Below are positions 1-8,683 of a DNA stretch of 37,471 bases, piece by piece. The stretch covers positions 1-37,471 of IMG/VR virus record IMGVR_UViG_3300036713_000524, one strand, 5' to 3'. The translations under genes and the position numbers were made by a program. The number at the start of each line of letters is the position of its first letter. The first letter of the stretch is position 1. This DNA is from a virus (taxonomy: Duplodnaviria; Caudoviricetes). The notes under the pieces are model-generated. The model was not told where the DNA came from and did not search any database. It saw only the letters and a list, made by a program, of their open reading frames with translations.

Positions 1-2416
1 CCTCCCGGCCGAAGCTTCGGCTGGCTTGCGGGTATTTGTGGCCGGTCTTTTCGCAATGGTGGCGATACAAATCGTAAAGCTTTTGTTTGCTGATCCGGTC
101 CTCTTCGCCCTCTTCGGCTGGCATCAAGTAGTCGAGCAGGAATTCCCGCGTTGGATTCGCTTCGTTCTTGTAATCTTCAACCGCCCCTTCGGACGTCTCC
201 GACCTAGTGAATTCGCCCTGCTCTCGCAGCCGGCGAAGGCCCTCGATTGCCCATAGCAGGATGCCCGGCGCCTGGCCGTTCTCGATCCAGTACTTGTCGC
301 CGTCCATCCCCCGGGTGATCTCCCGTCTTCGCGGTGTGTGGTTGAACGGGACCAACAACAGCCGGCGCCATAGCCCCTGGCTTCGGTCGCGGAATTTTGG
401 CCGGCCGTTCCAGCAAACCATAAGTTTGGCCGTTGGCTTGGCCACGATGGGGCTAATCCCTTTCCGGTCAAACGTCATCTCTTCGCCACCGGTGAAAAGC
501 TTAAGGTCCCCTTCGGCCGGCCGGTCGATCTCGCCCACGTCCCCGCAAATGTTGACCATCTTTCCGAGGGTGCTCGCCAGGTCGAACCGTCCGCCAAACT
601 TTTCGAGGTTCACCCGCGATACGTTTTCGCGACCTAGCATTGCCGCGATCCCTGCACAATAAACCGTTTTCCCGTTGCCTCCTTCCCCTTCCAGGGCGAT
701 GAACCGCTGAAGGCTGCTGTCGACCGTCAAAAGGTAGCCAGCCCATTCCTGCAGGATCGCTATCCGGTCCGCGTCGCCTTCCATCGCTGAATGCAAAAAG
801 TTAAGCCAAATCGGGCAGTCCGCGTCTGGCTCGTATGAATAGCCCAGCTGGAAGGTGGAGAACCAATTCGGGGTGTGTGGCAAAAGAATCTGATCTTCGT
901 TGTCTTCGTTAAACAACGCTTCCAGGTCGATGATCCCGTTCTTGGCTGAAATGTAATTTGGGATCGTTGCTGGCTCGCCTGGTTCTTCCGGTATCAGGCA
1001 AGGCATCGGATAGCTGGACGATCGGATGCAAAGGCTCGCCATTGCGGCGATCGTATTGGCGACCAGGTTCTTGCTCACCGCGTAGGCTGGTTTTTTGAAT
1101 CCGCTGGCATCCGGTTCCCTTGTTTCGTATTCCCTCAAAAACTCTCTTCGGATGATCGGCCAAACTTTCGCAGCTAATTCGTCGTTGTCGATGTCGCGGT
1201 AACGACCATCTTTCCAACGCCACCACTGGCTCTTCCAAAAGACCAGCCGACCTCCGTGCTTCCGCTCGTATTCCTCCAGGTTGAGTTCTGCCAGCCGCGA
1301 TGGGTCCGTCGCTGCTTCGCCTTCCGCCTCGATGATCGTCGGCTCGCATGGTTCGGCGATTTTTATCTGCTGCTCGATCTCTTCAAATGAACGCTCCGCG
1401 TTGAAGTGATCCCGGAGGTCGTGTCCCTCCTCGGTTGGCGCCGCGATTACCACGTCTTTTGTCTCGTTGGCGATTGCTCCGCCCCATCGCTTGGATCCGG
1501 CATAGCCGGCTTCGTCCCGGTCATGCAAAACGACGGCTCGTCGGCCGGTAAACAATTTGACCATCCACGGCTCCGGCTTCTCGCTCGCGCCGTTGGCTGT
1601 CGTCATCGCCGAACTACCGGCCGGCCCTTTCGCGTGAAAAGCCATAAGGTCTGTCGGCCCTTCCAATTTGAACAGCCGCCTGGTCTCGTTGGTGATGTCG
1701 GCCAGGTTGCCGATGATTCCTTTCCGGCTTCCGTTGGTCAGCCGCGTCTTGGCTGGCGGGTTGCCTTCCCCCATCGGGAACGGCTTTCCGTTCAGTTGGT
1801 AAAGAACCCAACCCACGGGATCCGCGGATCCCAGTTCCTTTCCCCAGACCGGTATCGCGATCACCGTGTATCGTTTGCGAAACCTTGCGACTCGCCCTCC
1901 GATAAACTCGATCGACTCTGGCGTGATCGGCTGCTTGGCTTTGCACCATAGCTTGATGAGCAGCCGGCTCCTGTCCCAATCCTTCCATTCTAGTTCGGCT
2001 GCCGGGTCCTTGACCGGCTTCGCGGAACCCTTCCCCTGGTCGCTTTTCTGCTGCCCGTTCATCGGTTGCCCCGTTGATGGTTGCTTTGCCTTGCTGCCCT
2101 TCGGCCGTCCTCGCTTCCGCTTTTCCGGTTCGATCCCCAGGTGATCGGCCACCTTGCCCAGTGCCGTTTTGAAGTCCTCGCCGTTAAGCCAAGCCAGCCC
2201 CAAGATTCCGTTGCCCGTGTTTTCCGTGAAGCATTGGTTGCAACGAAGGACGCCCTCCTCCTGGTTTGTCATCCGAAATCGATCCGTCCCACCGCACTTC
2301 GGGCAGGGGTGATGCTGCCCGTCGAGTGCATCTTGGTTCACCCCACTAATTGTTGAAAAAATATCAATCCACCGGCCGTTGGCCCTTGCCTTGACCTCTT
2401 CAATGTTAAACTTCAT
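1..2416 (-). CDS. P4-alpha/D5-like primase-helicase (Zn ribbon + TOPRIM + SF3 helicase), 3' end runs off the window
   Basis: Absent from the ORF track, presumably because it has no stop in the window. Manual translation from ATG 2416 gives MKFNIEEVKARANGRWIDIF...HHPCPKCGGTDRF...CNQC (P4-type Zn ribbon), then EGPTD and HDRDEAG (TOPRIM-like). Walker A GEGGNGKT at 688-665 is in the same frame. The whole frame was not checked codon by codon. Confidence 0.9.
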   Translation of the reverse strand, partial: MKFNIEEVKARANGRWIDIFSTISGVNQDALDGQHHPCPKCGGTDRFRMTNQEEGVLRCNQCFTENTGNGILGLAWLNGEDFKTALGKVADHLGIEPEKRKRGRPKGSKAKQPSTGQPMNGQQKSDQGKGSAKPVKDPAAELEWKDWDRSRLLIKLWCKAKQPITPESIEFIGGRVARFRKRYTVIAIPVWGKELGSADPVGWVLYQLNGKPFPMGEGNPPAKTRLTNGSRKGIIGNLADITNETRRLFKLEGPTDLMAFHAKGPAGSSAMTTANGASEKPEPWMVKLFTGRRAVVLHDRDEAGYAGSKRWGGAIANETKDVVIAAPTEEGHDLRDHFNAERSFEEIEQQIKIAEPCEPTIIEAEGEAATDPSRLAELNLEEYERKHGGRLVFWKSQWWRWKDGRYRDIDNDELAAKVWPIIRREFLREYETREPDASGFKKPAYAVSKNLVANTIAAMASLCIRSSSYPMPCLIPEEPGEPATIPNYISAKNGIIDLEALFNEDNEDQILLPHTPNWFSTFQLGYSYEPDADCPIWLNFLHSAMEGDADRIAILQEWAGYLLTVDSSLQRFIALEGEGGNGKTVYCAGIAAMLGRENVSRVNLEKFGGRFDLASTLGKMVNICGDVGEIDRPAEGDLKLFTGGEEMTFDRKGISPIVAKPTAKLMVCWNGRPKFRDRSQGLWRRLLLVPFNHTPRRREITRGMDGDKYWIENGQAPGILLWAIEGLRRLREQGEFTRSETSEGAVEDYKNEANPTREFLLDYLMPAEEGEEDRISKQKLYDLYRHHCEKTGHKYPQASRSFGRE

Positions 2417-2461
2417 TTGTTGTTGATTTGGGTTAAAGGTTGTGTGTGCCAGGGTGCCGGT

Positions 2462-3349
2462 TTATTCCGTCGGCCCTTCGGCATGCACAACCTTTAATTC
2501 ATTTCGCTCCCTCTCTTCGATCTGGTCGGCGACCTCTTTACCTTCGGCCGTCTGCTCCGCGTCGACCTGCTCCGCTGCCGTTGGCATGCACTTGGCGATC
2601 GCTTCGAGCATCTTTGCCTCCAGCGAATCGGTCAACGCTTCGCCGAACCCCTTGGGGAGTACTTTTGAAAAGTGAAGGTGTTCTTTGGATGCTTTCGCGC
2701 GGAGGGCTTCCAGGTCGCCTAATGTTGCGACCGATTCGTTCAATGCTTCCCGCTTCTTGGCCCCCATGCCCTTGACCCCATCGAGCAGGCTATCAACTGG
2801 GATTCTCTTCCATGCATCCGGCTCGCGGCTCGCTTCCGGCTCGCTGGCTTCGTTCGCCTCGATGACCTGCTCGCTGTCCTCCTCTGATGCTTGCGGTTCA
2901 TCCGGTAGCGGGTGACCGGCCAGAATGTCTCGCAGTTCTTCCCCCAACCTACGCAGCCGGATTGTCTCGCCGGCTTGCAGGTCTTTTGCGTCTTTGATCT
3001 TTGCTTTGAATCCTGCGATCTCCGCTTCCGAGAGGTTTATGTTTTCGGTGCATTCCGCGATCTTGCCGAGGACGGCTGTCTGCGCCCAGAATCTTCGCTC
3101 TTGCCGAAGTTCCCATTTGGCAAAAGCATTCTTTCCGATTACGGTCGCCGGCATCGCGGCTGGAACCATCTCGTTGGCCGGCTCCGGCTCCGGCTCCGGC
3201 TCGGTTGCTTCCACCTGGTCGTCGGCCGGCTCGGTTGCTTCCGCTTCGACTTGCTTCGTTGGTGTGTTGGTGAATTTGTTTTCCGTTTCATCAAGATAGA
3301 CGGCTTCGCCCGCTTCGATGTTTTCGGCTGCTTGTAGTTTCACGATCAT
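2462..3349 (-). CDS. Acidic hypothetical protein with coiled coil and C-terminal HhH-like motif
   Basis: 295-aa ORF tightly packed in the operon. Contains an EPEPEPEP linker and HhH-like LDGVKGMGAKKREAL. Confidence 0.75.
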   Translation of the reverse strand: MIVKLQAAENIEAGEAVYLDETENKFTNTPTKQVEAEATEPADDQVEATEPEPEPEPANEMVPAAMPATVIGKNAFAKWELRQERRFWAQTAVLGKIAECTENINLSEAEIAGFKAKIKDAKDLQAGETIRLRRLGEELRDILAGHPLPDEPQASEEDSEQVIEANEASEPEASREPDAWKRIPVDSLLDGVKGMGAKKREALNESVATLGDLEALRAKASKEHLHFSKVLPKGFGEALTDSLEAKMLEAIAKCMPTAAEQVDAEQTAEGKEVADQIEERERNELKVVHAEGPTE

Positions 3350-3361
3350 CTCTCGCTCCGT

Positions 3362-4153
3362 TTAAAGTCTCGCTGTCGCAACGTCTACATCGACGCTGCT
3401 CAATTGCTCGCTTTGCTCGTTGGCCTTCCGCCATCCTCGCTTTAATATCCGCTGCGCCTTTTTTTCGGCTAGCCGAGGTGAATCCATAAACCAGAAAGGG
3501 ACGCCGTATCGGTCCGACCAGGACATCACGCTGCCGTCGAATTCCTGTAGCAGTGCCCGCGTCGTTCTCTTGCCTCGCTGGGTGATCGATCCCAGGCAGG
3601 TGCCATAGGTCCCTTCGATCACGATGTGACCATAGGGTATTTCGGCGAGGAATTCCATTGTCCGGATCCACCGTTCGCGTCGCTCGCCGTGGGATAGAAA
3701 AGTGCCCAACGCATCAGCCACGCTCTTCCGTTCGATGTGGACCCAGCCCTCGCAACCGGCCACGGAATAGTCGGCCCGCGTTGGTCCGAGTGTTTGCCAC
3801 TTGACCGGCTGAATGATCGGCCGTTCGTTCGCGTCAAGAAAACCCTGGAATGCCCACGGCTGCTTTTCCTGGCTGTCGATCAGGATTGTAAACGCTTCGG
3901 TGGTCTGGTTATCGACCAGGGATAGCTGTCCCCCGATCTCCGCCGTCTGGAGGTTCTTCATCCAGAATTCCACGGTTGCGTCGTCTCGCAATGTCAGCCC
4001 TCGCATTGCCAGGTAAATCCGGATTGTGTCTAGCGTCTTCGGTCCGACGCCATCAATTGCTTGGATCCATTCTGGCTTTATGTTTCGCCAATCCTCCGGT
4101 GTGTTGATTCCGAAGTGCTCACTTGCTTTTTTGATTCGATGCTGAAATGCCAT
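3362..4153 (-). CDS. ERCC4/XPF-family structure-specific nuclease with N-terminal HhH-like motif
   Basis: ILIDSQEK, ADYSV and IERKSVADAL match ERCC4 (DxRE, GDY, ERKxxxD). IDGVGPKTL is HhH-like. Confidence 0.85.
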   Translation of the reverse strand: MAFQHRIKKASEHFGINTPEDWRNIKPEWIQAIDGVGPKTLDTIRIYLAMRGLTLRDDATVEFWMKNLQTAEIGGQLSLVDNQTTEAFTILIDSQEKQPWAFQGFLDANERPIIQPVKWQTLGPTRADYSVAGCEGWVHIERKSVADALGTFLSHGERRERWIRTMEFLAEIPYGHIVIEGTYGTCLGSITQRGKRTTRALLQEFDGSVMSWSDRYGVPFWFMDSPRLAEKKAQRILKRGWRKANEQSEQLSSVDVDVATARL

Positions 4154-4409
4154 TGCCCGCCTCCTGGCTGTCGCTGCCTTTATTAGCCGCGTCGATAATT
4201 TGTTGAGCTAGCCTGGCTGATTCGCTCCGGCCTAAATTGGTCACCATCTCAGCTGCCCCGTCGCTTCGCAAAAGAACGATCATTGTTCCTGTCGTGTCTT
4301 TTGCCTGGACCTGCTTTACTATCCGCAGCAGTCTTGCCATGTGGCTATCCGCTTGCGCCTTGCTCATTCGTCGCAGTGTGTTGGGGAACGGTTCGGGGTT
4401 GTTGGGCAT
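4119..4409 (-). CDS. Hypothetical protein
   Basis: 96-aa ORF filling the gap between the helicase and nuclease genes on the same strand. Confidence 0.65.
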   Translation of the reverse strand: MPNNPEPFPNTLRRMSKAQADSHMARLLRIVKQVQAKDTTGTMIVLLRSDGAAEMVTNLGRSESARLAQQIIDAANKGSDSQEAGNGISASNQKSK

Positions 4410-4419
4410 CTTTGGTTCT

Positions 4420-6708
4420 CTAAAAAAGGTGGTTGATTTCGTCGATGATGATTAATTCTCGCAGAAACGTTTTTCGCTTGCCGGCGACTACCTTCCGGCA
4501 CATCTCTTCTGCTGTCTTGCTGCTCCCTATCAAAAAGCATTTTTCCTTGGCTCGGCTAATCGCCGTGTAGAGCCACTCCCGGCTGCATACCATCTTCGCT
4601 CCCGGGTAGCTGTCGATCATCACGACCGCGATACGAAACTCGCTGCCCTGCGACTTGTGGACCGAAATTGCATAACCAAGATCCCAGTTTTTTCCCCCGA
4701 CCTTTTCTCCTTGCTTGGCCGGGTAAAGCGGAATAGAAACTAGCCGATGGGGCGCCGGTAATTCCACCTGCATGCTGTTCCCAACGATCGATATCACTTT
4801 TCCGATCTCGCCGTTGCTCACCCGCGTCTTGTCATACTTACTGTTCTTCAGGCAGATGACCTTGTCGTTCAAGCGGAATAGCCGTCCGGGAATCGCCGGC
4901 ATTGGATTCAATGCCACCTGTAGTCGCTGATTGAGATCCTTGCGTGAAAGCTTCGACTTCTCGTTGACGGCCACCATCACCTGGACGTCCCAAACCGGAT
5001 CGAATCCGTTCGCCTTGCATGCTTTCATTAAAAGGTCGAGCGATGCCAGCTGGCCGGCCGGCTGCCTCTCTTCGAGAATCTTAAAGTTGTCGAGTTGTCC
5101 CGGTTGAACCGACGGCCAGGGAAGGGCGTCCCGGATCGCGGCGCAAACGGCAGGGATCCGTCCTTCGTTCCGTTCAATTTTTGTTAGCTTCCCAAATCCG
5201 ACCGCCCCTGAATTGATCATGTCCCGCATCGGTGCTCCGCCGCCGACCGGTGAAAGTTGATTGACGTCGCCTACCAATAGCATATGGGCATTCGGTTTTG
5301 CGGCTGCAAAAACCGCCCCCATCAGCGGCATGTCCACCATCGACGTTTCGTCTCCGATGATGATTTGCTCTGGCCAGTGTTGGTTGTCGTTGAACGCGAA
5401 GTCCGTTTCGTCATTGCCCCAGCCGAGGTGTGAATGCCAAGTTCTCGCCTTCAAATTCACTTCGGCTTCGTGCAGCACTTCCGTTAGCCGAACCGCTGCC
5501 TTGCCGGTTGGGCATCCGGCGATGATCGATTCCGCGTAGCCGAGGCTGCACAATTCCTTGATCAATCTCGCGACAACGTATGTTTTGCCAGTGCCAGGGC
5601 TTCCGCTCAAAATGCCAAGCCGGCCGGACAACGCCTTTTCCAGTTCGCTTACTTGGTGCCCGGTGATTGTCGCATCGATCTGACAGGCTTCCGGCCATTT
5701 CGTTGCAATTGGAAGCCTGGTCGCCTGGCGATCAATCATTCCGCCGACTTTTTTTGCCAGCCTTTTTTCCGCTCTCGCGTTACTGGCAGACGCTAGCCAT
5801 TGGACGTCGCCTTCCGGATCGATCGGTCCTTCGATGCCCTTCGTCCTGGTTGCCTCGATCGATGCGTAGTGTCGCCCGCGCGAGATGCTGTTCAGCCGAA
5901 TTCCCAATTCAATCGCTTTCCTTGGTCTTGCGTCTCGCCCAGCGATCTTTTCCGGTCTGTTCATCAGGACGCTGGCTCGCTGCCAGGTGTGTTCCTTTTG
6001 TCGGCCGTTTTTTAATTCGTCCCAAATGGCTAGTGTCTGCCTTCGAAGTCTCCCGGGGTCATTGCCGAGGGTTAGCCATAGCGCGTCCGCCATTTTAAAT
6101 CCGACGCCCTTAAACTCGATCAGTTTATAGGGGTCGCGTCTGATGGTTCTCGCTGCCTGGTTGCCCCACTTTTTGATGGCTGCTCCTGCCACCGCTTTTG
6201 GGAACCCCTGGCCGTTCAGCAGGCCGGCGACCTCAATGGCTGCTGCTTCGGTCCACTTCTGCTCCCTCAGTATGCTGACGATTGTCTCTTGCTGCCCTTC
6301 GGTGATCCGGCTGTTGTATCGTCGCAGGCAGGTCGGATCCATCCGAATCGTTGCCACCGTTTCGCTGCCGTATGCCTTCCAGAGTTTCTCGACCGTCACG
6401 CTCCCCATCCCGTTGCCGTCGCCGATTTTTGTCAGGTAGGCGATCACCCCTGCTTTGCTGCTTGGCGTTGCCACGGTGAACGATGTGAATTTAAATTGCT
6501 TTTGCACCGTCTTAAATCGCGGATGCACCCACTCGCTTCGCCGGCCAAAAAAACGATACGTGCCACCCTCTTCAATGTCGCTCGGCTCCGCCACTCCGCT
6601 GACCGAAATGCATCCGTCGCTTGTCTTGACTTCTGCCGCAAACCACTCCCCTTTCCGGACCCGCACTTCTAGAAGGACGCCTTCTATCTCTTCCGTTCTC
6701 GCTGCCAT
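4420..6708 (-). CDS. recD2: RecD2-like SF1B DNA helicase
   Basis: GSPGTGKT, IIGDETSMVD, LVGDVNQL and YAISVHKSQGSEF motifs, plus N-terminal DPYKL..FKGVGFKMAD. Start placed at MAARTEE (6708) rather than 6867, which overlaps the upstream gene. Confidence 0.92.
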   Translation of the reverse strand: MAARTEEIEGVLLEVRVRKGEWFAAEVKTSDGCISVSGVAEPSDIEEGGTYRFFGRRSEWVHPRFKTVQKQFKFTSFTVATPSSKAGVIAYLTKIGDGNGMGSVTVEKLWKAYGSETVATIRMDPTCLRRYNSRITEGQQETIVSILREQKWTEAAAIEVAGLLNGQGFPKAVAGAAIKKWGNQAARTIRRDPYKLIEFKGVGFKMADALWLTLGNDPGRLRRQTLAIWDELKNGRQKEHTWQRASVLMNRPEKIAGRDARPRKAIELGIRLNSISRGRHYASIEATRTKGIEGPIDPEGDVQWLASASNARAEKRLAKKVGGMIDRQATRLPIATKWPEACQIDATITGHQVSELEKALSGRLGILSGSPGTGKTYVVARLIKELCSLGYAESIIAGCPTGKAAVRLTEVLHEAEVNLKARTWHSHLGWGNDETDFAFNDNQHWPEQIIIGDETSMVDMPLMGAVFAAAKPNAHMLLVGDVNQLSPVGGGAPMRDMINSGAVGFGKLTKIERNEGRIPAVCAAIRDALPWPSVQPGQLDNFKILEERQPAGQLASLDLLMKACKANGFDPVWDVQVMVAVNEKSKLSRKDLNQRLQVALNPMPAIPGRLFRLNDKVICLKNSKYDKTRVSNGEIGKVISIVGNSMQVELPAPHRLVSIPLYPAKQGEKVGGKNWDLGYAISVHKSQGSEFRIAVVMIDSYPGAKMVCSREWLYTAISRAKEKCFLIGSSKTAEEMCRKVVAGKRKTFLRELIIIDEINHLF

Positions 6709-6811
6709 TGATTGTCTCTTGCTGTTGTTGATTGCGCAAAAAGAAAGGCCGCAGCCGGCCAGCCTCACCACTTCCCGGCCGTTCCGGTGGCAGGTGACGC
6801 CTGGGATTCGG

Positions 6812-7447
6812 CTAGAATGACGAGGCGATATCGTCTGCTCGATTTTGTTTAGCCGGCTTTTTTCCATTGCTGGCTTTGCTGGCTGCCTTGCCTTTCTTCT
6901 TTACAAAATCAAACCATCCCGCGTCGGTGTGCCGGTTGCTTGCGTCGATCTCCTCCAACGCTTCCGCGTACTTCGGCACTTTCGCGGCTCGCGGGTCATC
7001 AACGTGATAGATGTTGCTGTAGGCAATCCGCAGAAACTTCGTTTCGACATCCCACTTGCCCGTCTCTTCGTCTTTCGCCATTTGGCGTTCAAGGTCGACG
7101 ATGATTTGCTGGTCTTCCGCGCTGTCGATGTCGACATCGATCTCTTTGCCAAGTTCGGCCGGCGTGACCAGGTTGCTTGCCAAAAGGAAAGCAGTCACCT
7201 TCCGGTTGGCTCTCGCCTGGCTGTCTTCGCTTTCATCCATACCTGGAAGGAAAACCGTCTCACTGATCGTCTTGCCCTCTTGCCCCTCCACCGTCCCGGC
7301 CAGGACCTGACCTTCAAAGGTGAAGCCATCAATCGCTCCTCCCTTCGGCCCTTCACCGTCCGCCACGTTGGTGATCAGGATGTGATAAGTCCCTGGTTCG
7401 TCCAGGAATGTTCCGCCGCTGAAATCTTCGCTTGTGTTTACTCGCAT
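6812..7447 (-). CDS. Putative phage ssDNA-binding protein (DUF669-like OB fold)
   Basis: Acidic 211 aa with N-terminal EPGTYHILI and a flexible tail ending DDIASSF. Lies between the annealing protein and the helicase. Confidence 0.65.
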   Translation of the reverse strand: MRVNTSEDFSGGTFLDEPGTYHILITNVADGEGPKGGAIDGFTFEGQVLAGTVEGQEGKTISETVFLPGMDESEDSQARANRKVTAFLLASNLVTPAELGKEIDVDIDSAEDQQIIVDLERQMAKDEETGKWDVETKFLRIAYSNIYHVDDPRAAKVPKYAEALEEIDASNRHTDAGWFDFVKKKGKAASKASNGKKPAKQNRADDIASSF

Positions 7448-7611
7448 CGTTCTCTCAATAAGGATTCTAAAGTTAATCGTTCGGGAAGGCTCGATACCAA
7501 TTCCAACGGGTATCCGAGGTGCAAAAGGCTCGCGGCTGCGACCCGCTCTTCGCCATACTTGTCGGCAAGCCGGCGCGTTAAAGGATCCAGGTCCCTCAAC
7601 GCGCTAGTTAG
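7438..7611 (-). CDS. 57-codon -1 frame extension of the RecT-like gene (or a small independent TTG-start ORF)
   Basis: Open frame LTSALRDLDPLTRRLADKYGEERVAAASLLHLGYPLELVSSLPERLTLESLLRERCE* fills the intergenic gap and overlaps the next ATG. It is entered via slippery A AAA AAC at 7617-7611. Confidence 0.65.
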   Translation of the reverse strand, partial: LTSALRDLDPLTRRLADKYGEERVAAASLLHLGYPLELVSSLPERLTLESLLRERCE

Positions 7612-7617
7612 TTTTTT
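7573..7617 (-). other. -1 ribosomal frameshift signal (slippery heptamer + stimulatory hairpin)
   Basis: A AAA AAC, 6-nt spacer TAACTA, then GCGCGUUGAGGGA-CCUGGA-UCCUUUAACGCGC (13-bp stem with 2 G:U pairs). Confidence 0.7.
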
Positions 7618-8633
7618 GCCGGTTCCAAAAACTTCGTCAGGTCGCCGGCTTCCAGCCCCGCGTGAAGTTCGGCCAGGTCGTCTGCCGGTAGTCCGTCCAG
7701 CGTCTCGATCCCGGCTTCGTCTAGATACTTGCGAACGGCCAGGGCGAGGGTTCGGCCCTCCGGGTCCGCTGCAAGTTGGGCAAGCATCAGCCGGGTTGCC
7801 CGCAGCAAATCAGCCGGATCCGGCTCCGGCTCCGGCTCTGGCTCCGGCTCCGCGATCTCCTCCGGGAGTATGGTCACGAGTTCGTCGAGAATCTTGCTCG
7901 CCCCTTCCCTGGTCAAATCGCCCATGTCCCTGGCTCCAGTCGCGGCGATTGCTCGCAGCTGCGATTCCGGTCCGATCGATAGGCGATCGTATTGGACCAT
8001 CAGCGATTTGATCTGCTCGCCTGTCGCCTTCCCTTGGCCGTTTGAAGGAACCCCGGCCGGTGGTTCGCTGTCCCGCTGCGAACCGTCCGACCGAGGCGCC
8101 GTGCTCGGTTCTGGCTTCGTTTCGATCTCGACCGTCGTGTCCGGATCGCCATCGGTGGCAAATCCGGCGAGGACCTCCGGGCAAACCATCAGGATTGCCT
8201 TGCTGGTCACTCTCGCCCTTAGCATGGCGCCGGGATTCTTTTTATAGTTTCCGTCGGCCTTGACCAGTCCCTGGCGTTCCGCGTCCTCCATCGAAAACCG
8301 AACCCTTTCCTTTACTCCCGCAAACTCGACCTCGATCGTTGCCTGGTCGCCGTTGTCGCCGTTTGCTTGCCAACGGTAGGTTCCCCCCAGTCGCCGAAAT
8401 TCGGCGAGCATATACTCCGCCCGCATCAAAAGCTTGCTGCCCTGCTTGCTGTTCATTACATGGAAACGCTTTCGCATCTCCGCCACTGGCACCCCTTCAT
8501 CGTATGCCATCAGGACGAGGGTCGCCCCCTGCTCTGGATTCTTTAATCCGAAAAGTCCGCCGATCGCTAAAATCCGCCCCAATTCGAGGGCGTCTTCTAG
8601 CTGGCTTCTAGTGAAAATCGTTCCTTTGGTCAT
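7608..8633 (-). CDS. RecT/Red-beta-like single-strand annealing protein
   Basis: FSMEDAERQGL..NYKKNPGAMLRARVTSKAILMVCPEVLAG resembles the conserved RecT/Bet core end, followed by an acidic linker and helical C-terminal domains. Adjacent to the SSB-like and helicase genes. Confidence 0.75.
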   Translation of the reverse strand: MTKGTIFTRSQLEDALELGRILAIGGLFGLKNPEQGATLVLMAYDEGVPVAEMRKRFHVMNSKQGSKLLMRAEYMLAEFRRLGGTYRWQANGDNGDQATIEVEFAGVKERVRFSMEDAERQGLVKADGNYKKNPGAMLRARVTSKAILMVCPEVLAGFATDGDPDTTVEIETKPEPSTAPRSDGSQRDSEPPAGVPSNGQGKATGEQIKSLMVQYDRLSIGPESQLRAIAATGARDMGDLTREGASKILDELVTILPEEIAEPEPEPEPEPDPADLLRATRLMLAQLAADPEGRTLALAVRKYLDEAGIETLDGLPADDLAELHAGLEAGDLTKFLEPAKN

Positions 8634-8683
8634 TGCACGGCCGTTGGTTCGAGTGTTGCCGGAAACGCTCCGGCTGGCGTTGG

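Noticed and set aside
4409-4428. CTT TTT TAG at the RecD2 stop, where a +1 shift would fuse it to the next ORF
   Set aside because: The frame match has a 1-in-3 chance, no stimulator is evident, and the next ORF has its own ATG.
6849-6863. A AAA AAG in the SSB-like gene (a -1 shift would remove the DDIASSF tail)
   Set aside because: It lies in a Lys-rich tail where the heptamer arises by chance, there is no well-spaced strong hairpin, and the -1 frame stops after two codons.
6709-6867. N-terminal extension of RecD2 as given in the ORF track
   Set aside because: It overlaps the SSB gene and does not look protein-like. The RecD2-like sequence begins at MAARTEE (6708).
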